Source: a virus
Strand: one strand, 5' to 3'
Virus record (IMG/VR): IMGVR_UViG_3300050821_002136
Coordinates: 1 to 64,000 of that record
Length of the DNA: 64,000 nt
The notes beneath the pieces were generated by a model, which saw only the letters and a program-made list of their open reading frames with translations, was not told the DNA's origin and searched no databases. Below, piece by piece: positions 9,340-17,858 of this stretch. Position numbers and translations under genes: made by a program. Numbering within the stretch: position 1 is the first letter of the stretch; every line of letters starts with the position of its first letter.

Positions 9340-9741
9340 TTATCCTTTTGCGGCAGCAGCCGCCTTCTCTTCTTCTATTTCTTTTCTCATCTGCTCTTCG
9401 TGTTGGTCCTGGACTACCTGCCACCTAGATTTAGGGGCAGGGATCTCTGCGTAGGAGAAAAGGGGCTTGGTAGGTTTTTGGTAAGCAACAACCTCAGCTC
9501 CTGCTCGGGACGAGTGTGGCATGATTGTCATTTCGTACATGGTAACTTTGGACATGAGCAATTGCTTCTCTTCCCGTAGAGTTGCGACGAGGAGTGCTTG
9601 ATCTTGCAGCCGTTGTTCAAAGTCATTCCTGAGGTTTACCAGATCCAGTTCCAGGCGTTCTACGAGACGCGAGCCAAATAGATCCCGGAAGAATTGTCGT
9701 ACACCAGCTCCCCACGTTATAGTCCAGCTTTGCCCATCCAT
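9340..9741 (-). CDS. Coiled-coil protein following TerL
   Basis: RBS AAGGAG; overlaps TerL 3' end; heptad pattern. Confidence 0.7.
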   Translation of the reverse strand: MDGQSWTITWGAGVRQFFRDLFGSRLVERLELDLVNLRNDFEQRLQDQALLVATLREEKQLLMSKVTMYEMTIMPHSSRAGAEVVAYQKPTKPLFSYAEIPAPKSRWQVVQDQHEEQMRKEIEEEKAAAAAKG

Positions 9742-11384
9742 ACTGGTTGCTCCTTCTGCACAAATGGTGCGCCTTCGTTTACCTTGTCATGCGCCATTTT
9801 CAGCCTATAAAAATGGGCTGCTATTGGGTCCAAAGTTTTGGCGTGTTCCTCTATGGTAATGTCTTGGGGCTTATTCTTGCCTCTAAGCATTCCGTACAGA
9901 CCATACCTAAACGAATCATAACAATCGTCTCCCTTAGTACTCACCTTGAGAACGTCATCCATGTTGTCTGGATCACGCATGAGGGAAGGTATGGATTGGA
10001 TTATGTCTTTGCAGTTGTCTAGTATTACCAAATCTCCATTTTTAAAGAGATTGTACATTAAAGACGCACCGCCAACACGATCCATGGCTGCACGGGAGAC
10101 TGGGGGAAGTCCTAGGGCTCTTAATTCCTTGGAGTATTCATCTGCGGGCGTATGTGCTGTAACCTGTTTTGAGAATTTCTCATGTGAGAAGAATATCGCC
10201 TTAGGTATAGCTTCTTGTCCATTGGGCAGTTTGCACATGCTCTTAAATATGGTCGCCCATTCTTTGTGGGTTTTCCCACCCTGAGACACAGATTCCTTAA
10301 AGCATACTGTCTTTAGCTTGTAATTTGTACCAAGGGTTCTAACCAAGGCTTTAGTAAACAGATAAGCCGCATTGTGGTGGCCTCCCATCGCCCAGTCCTG
10401 ACTACCCCAAACAGGTTGCCAAGGTTGCCATATGATGGCTTCTGGATCTTCACGAAGATCTATGACATGCTCATACTCATCAAAGCACTCGAAGTATTGT
10501 CCCTCGACAACTCCATCTAATCCTAAAAGCTTCTTGTCACGCTGAGCTTTAGGGAGACTGTTCATCCTAGCAATGAAGCCAGGGTCCCTCTTTAGGAATT
10601 CTGGGTTATCCATTGCTGTAGAACGCTGGTAGGCATATAGGCGTGGGTCATATACGTTAACCCACTCTCCAGATTCTTTGTTCCACCAAGTACCGTTCGT
10701 ATCATCTCTACGACTTCCCTCAGGCCTCTCGAAAGGTTCCTTCTGAACGAACACCGTACGGTAGTACTCATAGTACGGACCAAGAGGGTTTGTGCAGCCA
10801 ACTATAACGGGTATTGGGAGATGCCCATGCTTGTTGGGCTTGCATGCTGCGTTGACGATGTTTCGGGAATACAGCATTCCCCATGCGTCCGAAGAAAACT
10901 GACCACACTCATCTACGAGGATGAAAGAGTAAGCAGAACCTAAATACTGTTCCACGTCTCTCATTTTCAAATTTTGGCAGTGACCAAAGACTACACGGGA
11001 ACCATTCACCATTGTAGCTACGTGCTTCGTCTGGTCGTAGTTATAAAGTTCAGGAGGAGTAAAGGTAATGAAGTCCTTTATGGCTCCAGCCTCCAACTCC
11101 TTAAAGGTACGTCTAAGCACAAGTATGTCGCAATTGTCATACGCCAAAGAATAATTCATTACAGCGTACATCAACCATCCTGTGGTCTTACCACTACGAA
11201 AGCCTCCAACGCTCAAGCATTGCGGAGCAATCGGCATTATATAAGGGATGCCGTCTCGTGTACGCACTTGCAGCAATTCAGTCTGTTTCGGCTGCAGTGT
11301 GAATATCTTCGAAAAATTAAGGGTGCCGTCTGCATTCAAATAGGGTGGGCGTTCCTTGACTTCCACAACCTTTTTACGAGGCAT
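9717..11384 (-). CDS. terL: Terminase large subunit
   Basis: QPKQ adenine motif, Walker A GGFRSGKT, Walker B FILVDE, CTNP motif III, nuclease GSQDW and DDCYDSFRY. Confidence 0.93.
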   Translation of the reverse strand: MPRKKVVEVKERPPYLNADGTLNFSKIFTLQPKQTELLQVRTRDGIPYIMPIAPQCLSVGGFRSGKTTGWLMYAVMNYSLAYDNCDILVLRRTFKELEAGAIKDFITFTPPELYNYDQTKHVATMVNGSRVVFGHCQNLKMRDVEQYLGSAYSFILVDECGQFSSDAWGMLYSRNIVNAACKPNKHGHLPIPVIVGCTNPLGPYYEYYRTVFVQKEPFERPEGSRRDDTNGTWWNKESGEWVNVYDPRLYAYQRSTAMDNPEFLKRDPGFIARMNSLPKAQRDKKLLGLDGVVEGQYFECFDEYEHVIDLREDPEAIIWQPWQPVWGSQDWAMGGHHNAAYLFTKALVRTLGTNYKLKTVCFKESVSQGGKTHKEWATIFKSMCKLPNGQEAIPKAIFFSHEKFSKQVTAHTPADEYSKELRALGLPPVSRAAMDRVGGASLMYNLFKNGDLVILDNCKDIIQSIPSLMRDPDNMDDVLKVSTKGDDCYDSFRYGLYGMLRGKNKPQDITIEEHAKTLDPIAAHFYRLKMAHDKVNEGAPFVQKEQPVWMGKAGL

Positions 11385-11396
11385 AACTGAGTCCTT

Positions 11397-11999
11397 CTAA
11401 ATCTTGTCTTTGTCGTCTGTAAATTCGCCTTCGATAAAACTAGGCAACAACTTCTCCCTAGGTTTGTCCTCGGTCACTTCCCTATTTAACATCTCAGGAG
11501 GAGGTGTGATAACCACGATCTTCACTCCGTGCAGTTTCTGTGCTTCCAGGTCTTCTTCACTGGTTGCGTATTTGCCGTCTGCTCGAAGCATGATCTCTTT
11601 GAAGGCCTGAGTAGATGCCATCATAATCTTGGGGTCTGTTACCATAACCGGCTTCCCCTCTATCATTAAAGGGTTTCCAAATTTATCTAACACTGGTTGT
11701 GAAGCATCCATCATGGCATTCTTGATCTGATTGTCCAAGATCAACTGAAAGCGAGATTTACCTCCACGTTTAAACTTTCCATCTGGACCGGCAATGCCTG
11801 CATCCAACAAATTCCTAAGCACGTCCCGTCTTGCTTTGGACGTGGCTGCGGTTTTATTTTGCTTTACGTACTTTCCACCCGCGCCCCTAATCTGCACTAC
11901 TGGGGTGCCTGATCTGGGATGCAATACAATCTCTGTGGTGGTCTCAGGCTTAGCCGGAGGTGTCTCCGGCTGTCCTGGTTTCTTCTCTGAGTCTTCCAT
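11397..11999 (-). CDS. Putative terminase small subunit
   Basis: Immediately upstream of TerL; basic N-terminus, helical core, VKIVVI beta tail. Confidence 0.55.
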   Translation of the reverse strand: MEDSEKKPGQPETPPAKPETTTEIVLHPRSGTPVVQIRGAGGKYVKQNKTAATSKARRDVLRNLLDAGIAGPDGKFKRGGKSRFQLILDNQIKNAMMDASQPVLDKFGNPLMIEGKPVMVTDPKIMMASTQAFKEIMLRADGKYATSEEDLEAQKLHGVKIVVITPPPEMLNREVTEDKPREKLLPSFIEGEFTDDKDKI

Positions 12000-12004
12000 T
12001 TTGC

Positions 12005-12292
12005 CTACTTGCGTTTGAATGTGAGTGAAACATTATCGAACACCCACTCTGCTGGGGACACTGCGTACTTCTTGACGAGATTTTCTACGGTATCCGTAAA
12101 TCTCTTCTGAGCATTCTGAGTGATTTGGCTCAGGCGATTGATTTCGATCTGTGCTTTGAGATATTCGTTCTCTATCTCACGAATAACGAGCTTCTCTTCA
12201 GCTCCTAGTTCCTGAGTGGCCTTGACAACTTCCGCCTTGACTTCCTCGGCAACCTCCACAACTTCCTGCTTTACTGCGGTTTCTGCATTCAT
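12005..12292 (-). CDS. Hypothetical coiled-coil protein
   Basis: RBS CAGGAG; helical acidic sequence. Confidence 0.7.
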   Translation of the reverse strand: MNAETAVKQEVVEVAEEVKAEVVKATQELGAEEKLVIREIENEYLKAQIEINRLSQITQNAQKRFTDTVENLVKKYAVSPAEWVFDNVSLTFKRK

Positions 12293-12309
12293 CTGAGTTC
12301 TCCTGAGTT

Positions 12310-12675
12310 TTAAAATATGGTTAGGCCCTTTCTCAAGGCCCCTTTCTTAAAGATCCCACGATCACCTATGTACTGTCTCCAGTATTCAAATGCTGGTCCG
12401 TGATCGTCCTTCATTTTTGTTGCTATATGACACATCTCGTGTGCCAAAGTCAAAAGAGTAATGGATGGTGCGCTGCATTTTGATTCGCTGAGAACTATGA
12501 CCCATTCATGGTAGCCATCATCACAGGAATTCATGTACCCGAAGAATTTTTCTTCGTATTTCTCAATTTCGGCCTCATTAGCCCAGCGTACGCATACATT
12601 GTTGGTAAGTTTCTTGTCAAAGAACTTTTTGTTGATTACTCTGTACCACCTCTTGAGCGTTGGGTCCGACTTCAT
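12310..12675 (-). CDS. SprT-like zinc metalloprotease
   Basis: YRVINKKFF N-terminal motif, TLAHEMCH, DHGPAF. Confidence 0.85.
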   Translation of the reverse strand: MKSDPTLKRWYRVINKKFFDKKLTNNVCVRWANEAEIEKYEEKFFGYMNSCDDGYHEWVIVLSESKCSAPSITLLTLAHEMCHIATKMKDDHGPAFEYWRQYIGDRGIFKKGALRKGLTIF

Positions 12676-12710
12676 CTGAGTTCTCCAAGCACAAGGTTAT
12701 TTTGGTCAAC

Positions 12711-12741
12711 AAAAAAGGCCCAGTCCGAAGACTGAGCCTTT
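12711..12741 (-). terminator. Intrinsic terminator
   Basis: Minus AAAGGCTCAGTC-TTCG-GACTGGGCC-TTTTTT. Confidence 0.75.
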
Positions 12742-12781
12742 GTATTAACTCCTGGGTATTAACTTATGAAAAGTATGAAGC

Positions 12782-13093
12782 CTATTTCAGAAGCGCTTTC
12801 CATGCGCGAGCACCACGAATGTGCTTAATCACCAGCACGCCTAGTCCTGACAGGGTGCCGTATGCGCCTGGAACAGATCCTAGCAAGAACAGTGTCAAGG
12901 GTACTGCCGCAACTACTCCGGTTATCAATGCGTCACGGAGATAAAGAGCGAGTGCTGAGGGTTTTGGTCCGACAAGCCACGCGAACCCTTCCTGCGCGAC
13001 ACCTTTCTTCAATCCCTGTTCTGTCAACGTCACATCATAGATGTCCGCAGCAACCGCTGCCGCTAAACCGATCCCAAACAGTGTAAGAAACAT
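12782..13093 (-). CDS. Membrane protein
   Basis: Three hydrophobic segments; RBS AAGGAGG. Confidence 0.75.
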   Translation of the reverse strand: MFLTLFGIGLAAAVAADIYDVTLTEQGLKKGVAQEGFAWLVGPKPSALALYLRDALITGVVAAVPLTLFLLGSVPGAYGTLSGLGVLVIKHIRGARAWKALLK

Positions 13094-13102
13094 GTTTCCT
13101 CC

Positions 13103-13312
13103 TTAAATTGATGTGGTACCGATAGCTTGACCAACGCTTCCGCCAGTCGTCGTGTATGGGTATCCTCCCCATGGCGTTGTTGTTGGATAGATGTACGGCT
13201 GAGGAACGAAAGGAACAAAATGTGGTTGAACGTATGGAGGATTACTGCGCCCACAGTGTGGGCAGTGTCCACAGTTGGGACAAGTGCCGTAGGGAGGATT
13301 TGGTATGTACAT
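13103..13312 (-). CDS. Small Pro-rich CxxC protein
   Basis: CPNCGHCPHCG; RBS AGGAG. Confidence 0.6.
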   Translation of the reverse strand: MYIPNPPYGTCPNCGHCPHCGRSNPPYVQPHFVPFVPQPYIYPTTTPWGGYPYTTTGGSVGQAIGTTSI

Positions 13313-13410
13313 TTTCTGCGCTCCTAAAATTATTGCCTCAGCCCCTCACGGGCCGCTTGGGCGTCGGGTCAGTTGTCACACGAAGTGACCAACGCACTGA
13401 CGGGCGAACT

Positions 13411-13486
<76 letters not shown>

Positions 13487-13491
13487 AAAAT

Positions 13492-13565
13492 TGGTGGACC
13501 GTGAGAGAGTTGAACTCTCGTTTGAAGCTTGCAAAGCTACTGTCCTCCCACTAGACGAACAGCCC
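13492..13565 (-). tRNA. tRNA-Ala (UGC)
   Basis: GGGCTGT/ACGGTCC with G3.U70, loop TTTGCAA, A73, CCA. Confidence 0.88.
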
Positions 13566-13784
13566 ACATAAACTTGGATATTTCATTTCTTCGAAGAGGG
13601 AATGAAAATGCCTAAAGACCCTATTGTCGCCACATTCAGCTCTACGTATGGAGCAGGCACGCGACCGGCCTTTAGACGGCGTCGAATTCCGTAGCCTCAC
13701 CATCACCTCGGACGAGGGGTGAGTCTTTACTCGGCACGGGCTTATCAAGCCCTCACGGTCGCGTAGCGCCCATGGCCGAATCTT

Positions 13785-13860
13785 TGGAGCCCCTGGATGG
13801 GATTTAACCACCGGCCTCAACCGTACAAAGGGTGCGCTCTGTCTACTGAGCTACAAGGGC
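13785..13860 (-). tRNA. tRNA-Thr (UGU)
   Basis: GCCCTTG/CAGGGGC, loop TTTGTAC, CCA; T-loop TTAAATC and one anticodon-stem mismatch. Confidence 0.8.
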
Positions 13861-13863
13861 ATG

Positions 13864-13897
13864 AAAAAAAGGTGGAGACTTTTGTATCGTGGTCTCC
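13864..13897 (-). terminator. Intrinsic terminator-like hairpin
   Basis: Minus GGAGAC...GTCTCC followed by ACC-TTTTTTT. Confidence 0.55.
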
Positions 13898-14283
13898 GGC
13901 ACGTCGTTCGTGATATCAGGCTCTGTGGCTACTGACTCAACAGAACAAATTTTATAATGCGCCTACCTGAAATGCTTTGGCCAAACATTCAGATCCCTCG
14001 GCCAGCCAAATTATCGGCCCCTGGGAACCCTGAGGTTTAATCTCAGCGCATTAATACGCTGGGCATGCAGGATGGTTGTCACTGCACTTCTCGAAAAGAA
14101 TCAGGCCCAAACTAATTAAGCGCTGCATTCCGTAGTTGCAAAACTTGCGGAGGTTTTCCAGCGAGAAGGTTAAAGGCTTTGCAAGTCCTTCCTTCCCTAC
14201 CAGAGCGCTTAAACTTGGTGCTCTCCCGGGGCTCTACTCGGAAACTGCGAAAGGAGATACGCAGGAGGAGCCCCGGTGCGATT

Positions 14284-14619
14284 CTACATCTTGTTGATAA
14301 ACTCTATAAGTTCTGGTGCAGGAGAAAACCATTCCCCGTGTTGCCTGAGGTGCGCAAAGCGCTTGTGATATGTCTTTTCAACATTCCCTGACAGAGTCTT
14401 GGCAATATGTAACACATCGGGGCTTCCTACTTGCAGAGTGGCAAGGCGTTCGTTTAGGTTTTCTGTTTTCCCAATCTTTATAAGGCCAGTTGTTCTTCCT
14501 TGAATAAAGTAGGTGATTAAAATGCCTATCCTTTTAAAGCTACGACGTGCTTTGTCTCTTGCTCTCTTCTTGTCCTCTTCTGCTCTCCATTGCTTTTCTG
14601 TTCTAGGTGTAATGTTCAT
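14284..14619 (-). CDS. T5orf172/MUG113-type GIY-YIG domain protein
   Basis: TYFIQ..LIKIGKT..RLATLQVGSP..HKRF..GEWF; true start MNITP at 14619 after GAGGAGG. Confidence 0.85.
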   Translation of the reverse strand: MNITPRTEKQWRAEEDKKRARDKARRSFKRIGILITYFIQGRTTGLIKIGKTENLNERLATLQVGSPDVLHIAKTLSGNVEKTYHKRFAHLRQHGEWFSPAPELIEFINKM

Positions 14620-14627
14620 TATTCCCT

Positions 14628-14667
14628 CCTCATAAGGGGTGGGCAGAGGTATGAGGCCTCCACCCAC
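14628..14667 (-). promoter_or_regulatory. Hairpin whose loop pairs with the RBS (anti-SD pseudoknot), copy 2
   Basis: Minus GTGGGTGGAGG-CCTCATA-CCTCTGCCCAC; loop complementary to TATGAGG overlapping the SD. Confidence 0.65.
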
Positions 14668-14685
14668 GTAAATCGGTATAAGATA

Positions 14686-14714
14686 ATTCTACCATGTCAT
14701 TTTTACTCTGTCAA
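14686..14714 (-). promoter_or_regulatory. Sigma70-type promoter (leftward)
   Basis: TTGACA-17-TAGAAT with extended TG. Confidence 0.8.
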
Positions 14715-14748
14715 GTATCCAAGTAGTAAACAGTGTAAAAACTTCCTA

Positions 14749-14777
14749 TTGACTTCCGGCCGAAAAGGGTTTATGAT
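14749..14777 (+). promoter_or_regulatory. Sigma70-type promoter (rightward, polymerase operon)
   Basis: TTGACT-17-TATGAT. Confidence 0.75.
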
Positions 14778-14989
14778 AAACCTATTGGGTGGGCTGGGGA
14801 TATAGTATAGGGAGTAGAACACCTATGTAATCAAAGACTTAGAAGTAGAACCAAGAAAACAAAGGAGTTATGATAACCTAAGAAACCAAAGGACTTACAG
14901 GTTGACCTTAGGGGCTCAACGAGTTACAGACATCAATACACTAACTCCTCTATAATCAACAACAAGAAAGCTGAGGTCAACCAGGGGTC

Positions 14990-15205
14990 ATGAAGAGAAC
15001 GCCCGATGAAGTGAGTAAAGCACGCCAAGCCGCTGGCCAGGAGATTAAGATTTGGAGAGCAGAGATCCGAGGAGCCAGCCTAGGTCTACAGCTAACGGCA
15101 GAATCAGAGGCCAAGATTGCTCTCTGCAAAGGCCAGATCAAAGCTTGTCAGAAAAAAATCGCAGAAACCTTCAGCAAAGGTAGGAAGCAATTTTGGGCAC
15201 ACTAG
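14990..15205 (+). CDS. Hypothetical protein
   Basis: First ORF after the promoter; helical and basic. Confidence 0.5.
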   Translation: MKRTPDEVSKARQAAGQEIKIWRAEIRGASLGLQLTAESEAKIALCKGQIKACQKKIAETFSKGRKQFWAH

Positions 15206-15247
15206 GGATGTGGGGGGGGAAGTTCCCCCCAGATACAGAAAGGACCC

Positions 15248-17719
15248 ATGTCAGACACCGATAATCTCAAGCCGCTAGTTCTCTCTGCACTGCAGCCGCC
15301 AATGAACACAACGCTGGTCACACCTGAGTCAGGTATGGCAGAGCTGTCAAGTTTTATAGCAGAAAAACTTGCCACACGAGGACTGCTTGGGTTCGACACA
15401 GAGACCAACTGGGTTCATGATTTCTACTTCCGAGTAGTACGCACGATTCAAGTAGGTGATAAAGAAAAGCAATTCGTCATTGATCTGCGTGCTTTCCTGG
15501 GCTCCCTAGAGAAACTCAAGGAGACCCAAGGCCGCTACACACTGCACGAAGCATACAAGCCCATCTTCGACATTCTCACCCCAGCACTCTGCAGCGACAC
15601 GACACTAAAGGTGGGACAGAACCTTTCGTTCGAATACATGGTAATGTTCTGGAACTTCGGTCAGCGCATCTGGCATTTGTACTCGACAGATCTCGCGGAG
15701 CGCGTTATTCAGGCAGGAAACATCAGCTTGAAGAGGATGACTGAGTTCTCCATGAAAGCTATCGTGGCTCGACGCTTCGGTGTGCTGGTGGACAAAGAAG
15801 AGCAGGATACTTTCGGGGAAGATGCTCCTCTGACGCAGGCTCAAATTGAGTACGCAGCCTTCGATTCTCGTATGCCGCTGTCCATACGCGAGCATCAGAT
15901 TCGGGAGATGACCACCGATCAATTGCTCAGCACTGCTCAGCTTGAAAATGACTCCCTGGGGTCTTGGCAAGACATGCATCTTCACGGTATGAGAATTGAT
16001 AGCGAGCGCTGGATGAAGCGCATCGACGCAGTCATAGCGCGTAGAGTAGATGAGCTAAAACTGTTAGACCAAGAGTTCATTGCTAAGGTAGGCAGGAAAA
16101 CAGAGCACATAGACTTTGAAGAAATGGCAGCGCGTGAAAACGTATGGAGAACTGGCTTCGAAATTGCATCTCCTGAGGAGATGGCCAAGGCTGAGGAAGT
16201 GCGTTGCACGCGTGAACCTGTAAAAAAAGCTGAACTCAAGACTCAGTTGGAAGAATTGAAGAGAGCGCGAGCTGCTTTGAAAAAAGAAGCCCGCTCTCGG
16301 TACACTGAACTCAGCAAGAAATACACAAAGTTCAAACACAATCTTCCCAAGTGCGAGGGAGAAGCTTATCTTAATTACGGGTCCAATGATCAGTTGCTAG
16401 AAGCCCTGAAGAAATTCACAGGCATGAGCACTCTGTCCAGTGTAGGTGATGACCATCTCCTGAAGTACAACGACAGGCCCTTCATCCAGACTCTGCGAAA
16501 ATATCGCAAAGGGAAGAAGGACACAGGAACGTATGGTAAGCAGTGGACGGAGAAGTGGATCACCAAAGCCAGCAAGGAAGAAGGCTGGAGACACCCATGG
16601 GATGGCCGCATACACGCAAAGTTCAATCAGCTAGAAGCTGAGACTGGGCGCAGCTCTTGCGTACAGCCCAACATGCAGAACTTGACGAACGATGAAGAGG
16701 GAGAAGTGCATGCCTGCTTCATCTGCGACCCACCTGACGCAGAAGAGCCTGATGGTTATGTTCTGGTCACCACAGACATGTCCGGTGCAGAGCTGCGCAT
16801 CATTGCAGAACTCTCTGGAGATCCCGCGTGGATCAAAGCATTTTCTTTGGGGCATGATGTTCACTCAGTTTCCACAGAAATCTTGGAACCTGAAAAGTGG
16901 GCAGCGGGAACCGAAGCAGGCTGCTTATACTTCGAGCTTGATGCCGAAGGAAGTCCTAAGCGGCTCAAGTGCGAATGCAAAGCTCACAAGAAGCTGAGAA
17001 AGAATACTAAAGCCATCAACTTCATGCTTTGTTACGGTGGTGGTCCTGATGCTCTGGCTGATGAACTTGATATCACTGTAGATGCAGCCAAGGATCTGAT
17101 GCGTCAACACGAGAAGAAATTTCCTATCGTGTGGGCGTACCTCAAAGAATCTGGGGACCGTGCGCAGCGCACAAATGAAGCCCGAGATCTTTACGGCCGT
17201 AGACGTTTATTGCCTAAGCCGACCTGGGAAAGTTCCAAGGAGTATTACAAAGACGAACACGCAGACCGTCTTGAACTTGAAGAAGAAGACCAGGAAAAAA
17301 ATATCTTCAATTTCAAAGCGGCGTACATGCGTGAGCCCACCGAGGAGGAAGAATACAAACTCACCCACAGAGAGCCCAACGAAAGCGAAATCAAATCAGC
17401 GATGCGTAGTTTGTGGGGTTCAATTGGTAGACGAGGGAAGAACCATTGCATTCAAGGCACCAACGTTTCAATTATCAAGCGTGCTATGGGTTGTGGCTTT
17501 GACAAGGATGGGAAACCGTTTCTTTGGCATACTCTTCCTCAGTTCAAAGCGAAGCTTCTCTCCATGGTGCACGATGAATTGATTGTGCAGTGCCCTAAGA
17601 GATTTGGGGAACAAGTAGCACGCCTTGTAGCCGACGCATTCAAACGTGCAGCGGCCGAGGTAATGTCAAAAGTAGTCATGGAGGCCGATTGGCACATAGC
17701 GAATTGTTGGCAAAAGTAA
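15248..17719 (+). CDS. polA: Family A DNA polymerase with 3'-5' exonuclease
   Basis: GFDTET (ExoI), YAAFD (ExoIII), ETGRSSC.QPNMQN, motif A DMSGAELR, motif B RKNTKAINFMLCYG, motif C VHDEL. Confidence 0.96.
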   Translation: MSDTDNLKPLVLSALQPPMNTTLVTPESGMAELSSFIAEKLATRGLLGFDTETNWVHDFYFRVVRTIQVGDKEKQFVIDLRAFLGSLEKLKETQGRYTLHEAYKPIFDILTPALCSDTTLKVGQNLSFEYMVMFWNFGQRIWHLYSTDLAERVIQAGNISLKRMTEFSMKAIVARRFGVLVDKEEQDTFGEDAPLTQAQIEYAAFDSRMPLSIREHQIREMTTDQLLSTAQLENDSLGSWQDMHLHGMRIDSERWMKRIDAVIARRVDELKLLDQEFIAKVGRKTEHIDFEEMAARENVWRTGFEIASPEEMAKAEEVRCTREPVKKAELKTQLEELKRARAALKKEARSRYTELSKKYTKFKHNLPKCEGEAYLNYGSNDQLLEALKKFTGMSTLSSVGDDHLLKYNDRPFIQTLRKYRKGKKDTGTYGKQWTEKWITKASKEEGWRHPWDGRIHAKFNQLEAETGRSSCVQPNMQNLTNDEEGEVHACFICDPPDAEEPDGYVLVTTDMSGAELRIIAELSGDPAWIKAFSLGHDVHSVSTEILEPEKWAAGTEAGCLYFELDAEGSPKRLKCECKAHKKLRKNTKAINFMLCYGGGPDALADELDITVDAAKDLMRQHEKKFPIVWAYLKESGDRAQRTNEARDLYGRRRLLPKPTWESSKEYYKDEHADRLELEEEDQEKNIFNFKAAYMREPTEEEEYKLTHREPNESEIKSAMRSLWGSIGRRGKNHCIQGTNVSIIKRAMGCGFDKDGKPFLWHTLPQFKAKLLSMVHDELIVQCPKRFGEQVARLVADAFKRAAAEVMSKVVMEADWHIANCWQK

Positions 17720-17858
17720 AACATCCGTACCTGAACTGTCCATATTGTCCTTCTCAATCCTTCCCTGAGGGTCCTGTACTATACATAGACCTTCAAACAT
17801 ACAAATGCCCAGCAGGCCATGAATTTTTCGTGGCCCCAGAAAAAGAAAGAGAAAGTTA

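Noticed and set aside
14090-14225. Second permuted tmRNA (minus strand ...GAGAGCACCA, hairpin, then GGGCCTGATTCT)
   Set aside because: GGGCCTG cannot pair with GGAGAGC; no T-arm, pk1 or tag found
16080-17420. Intein or intron in the DNA polymerase
   Set aside because: Insertions are short helical/acidic segments with no C/S...HN splice motifs, and the frame is continuous
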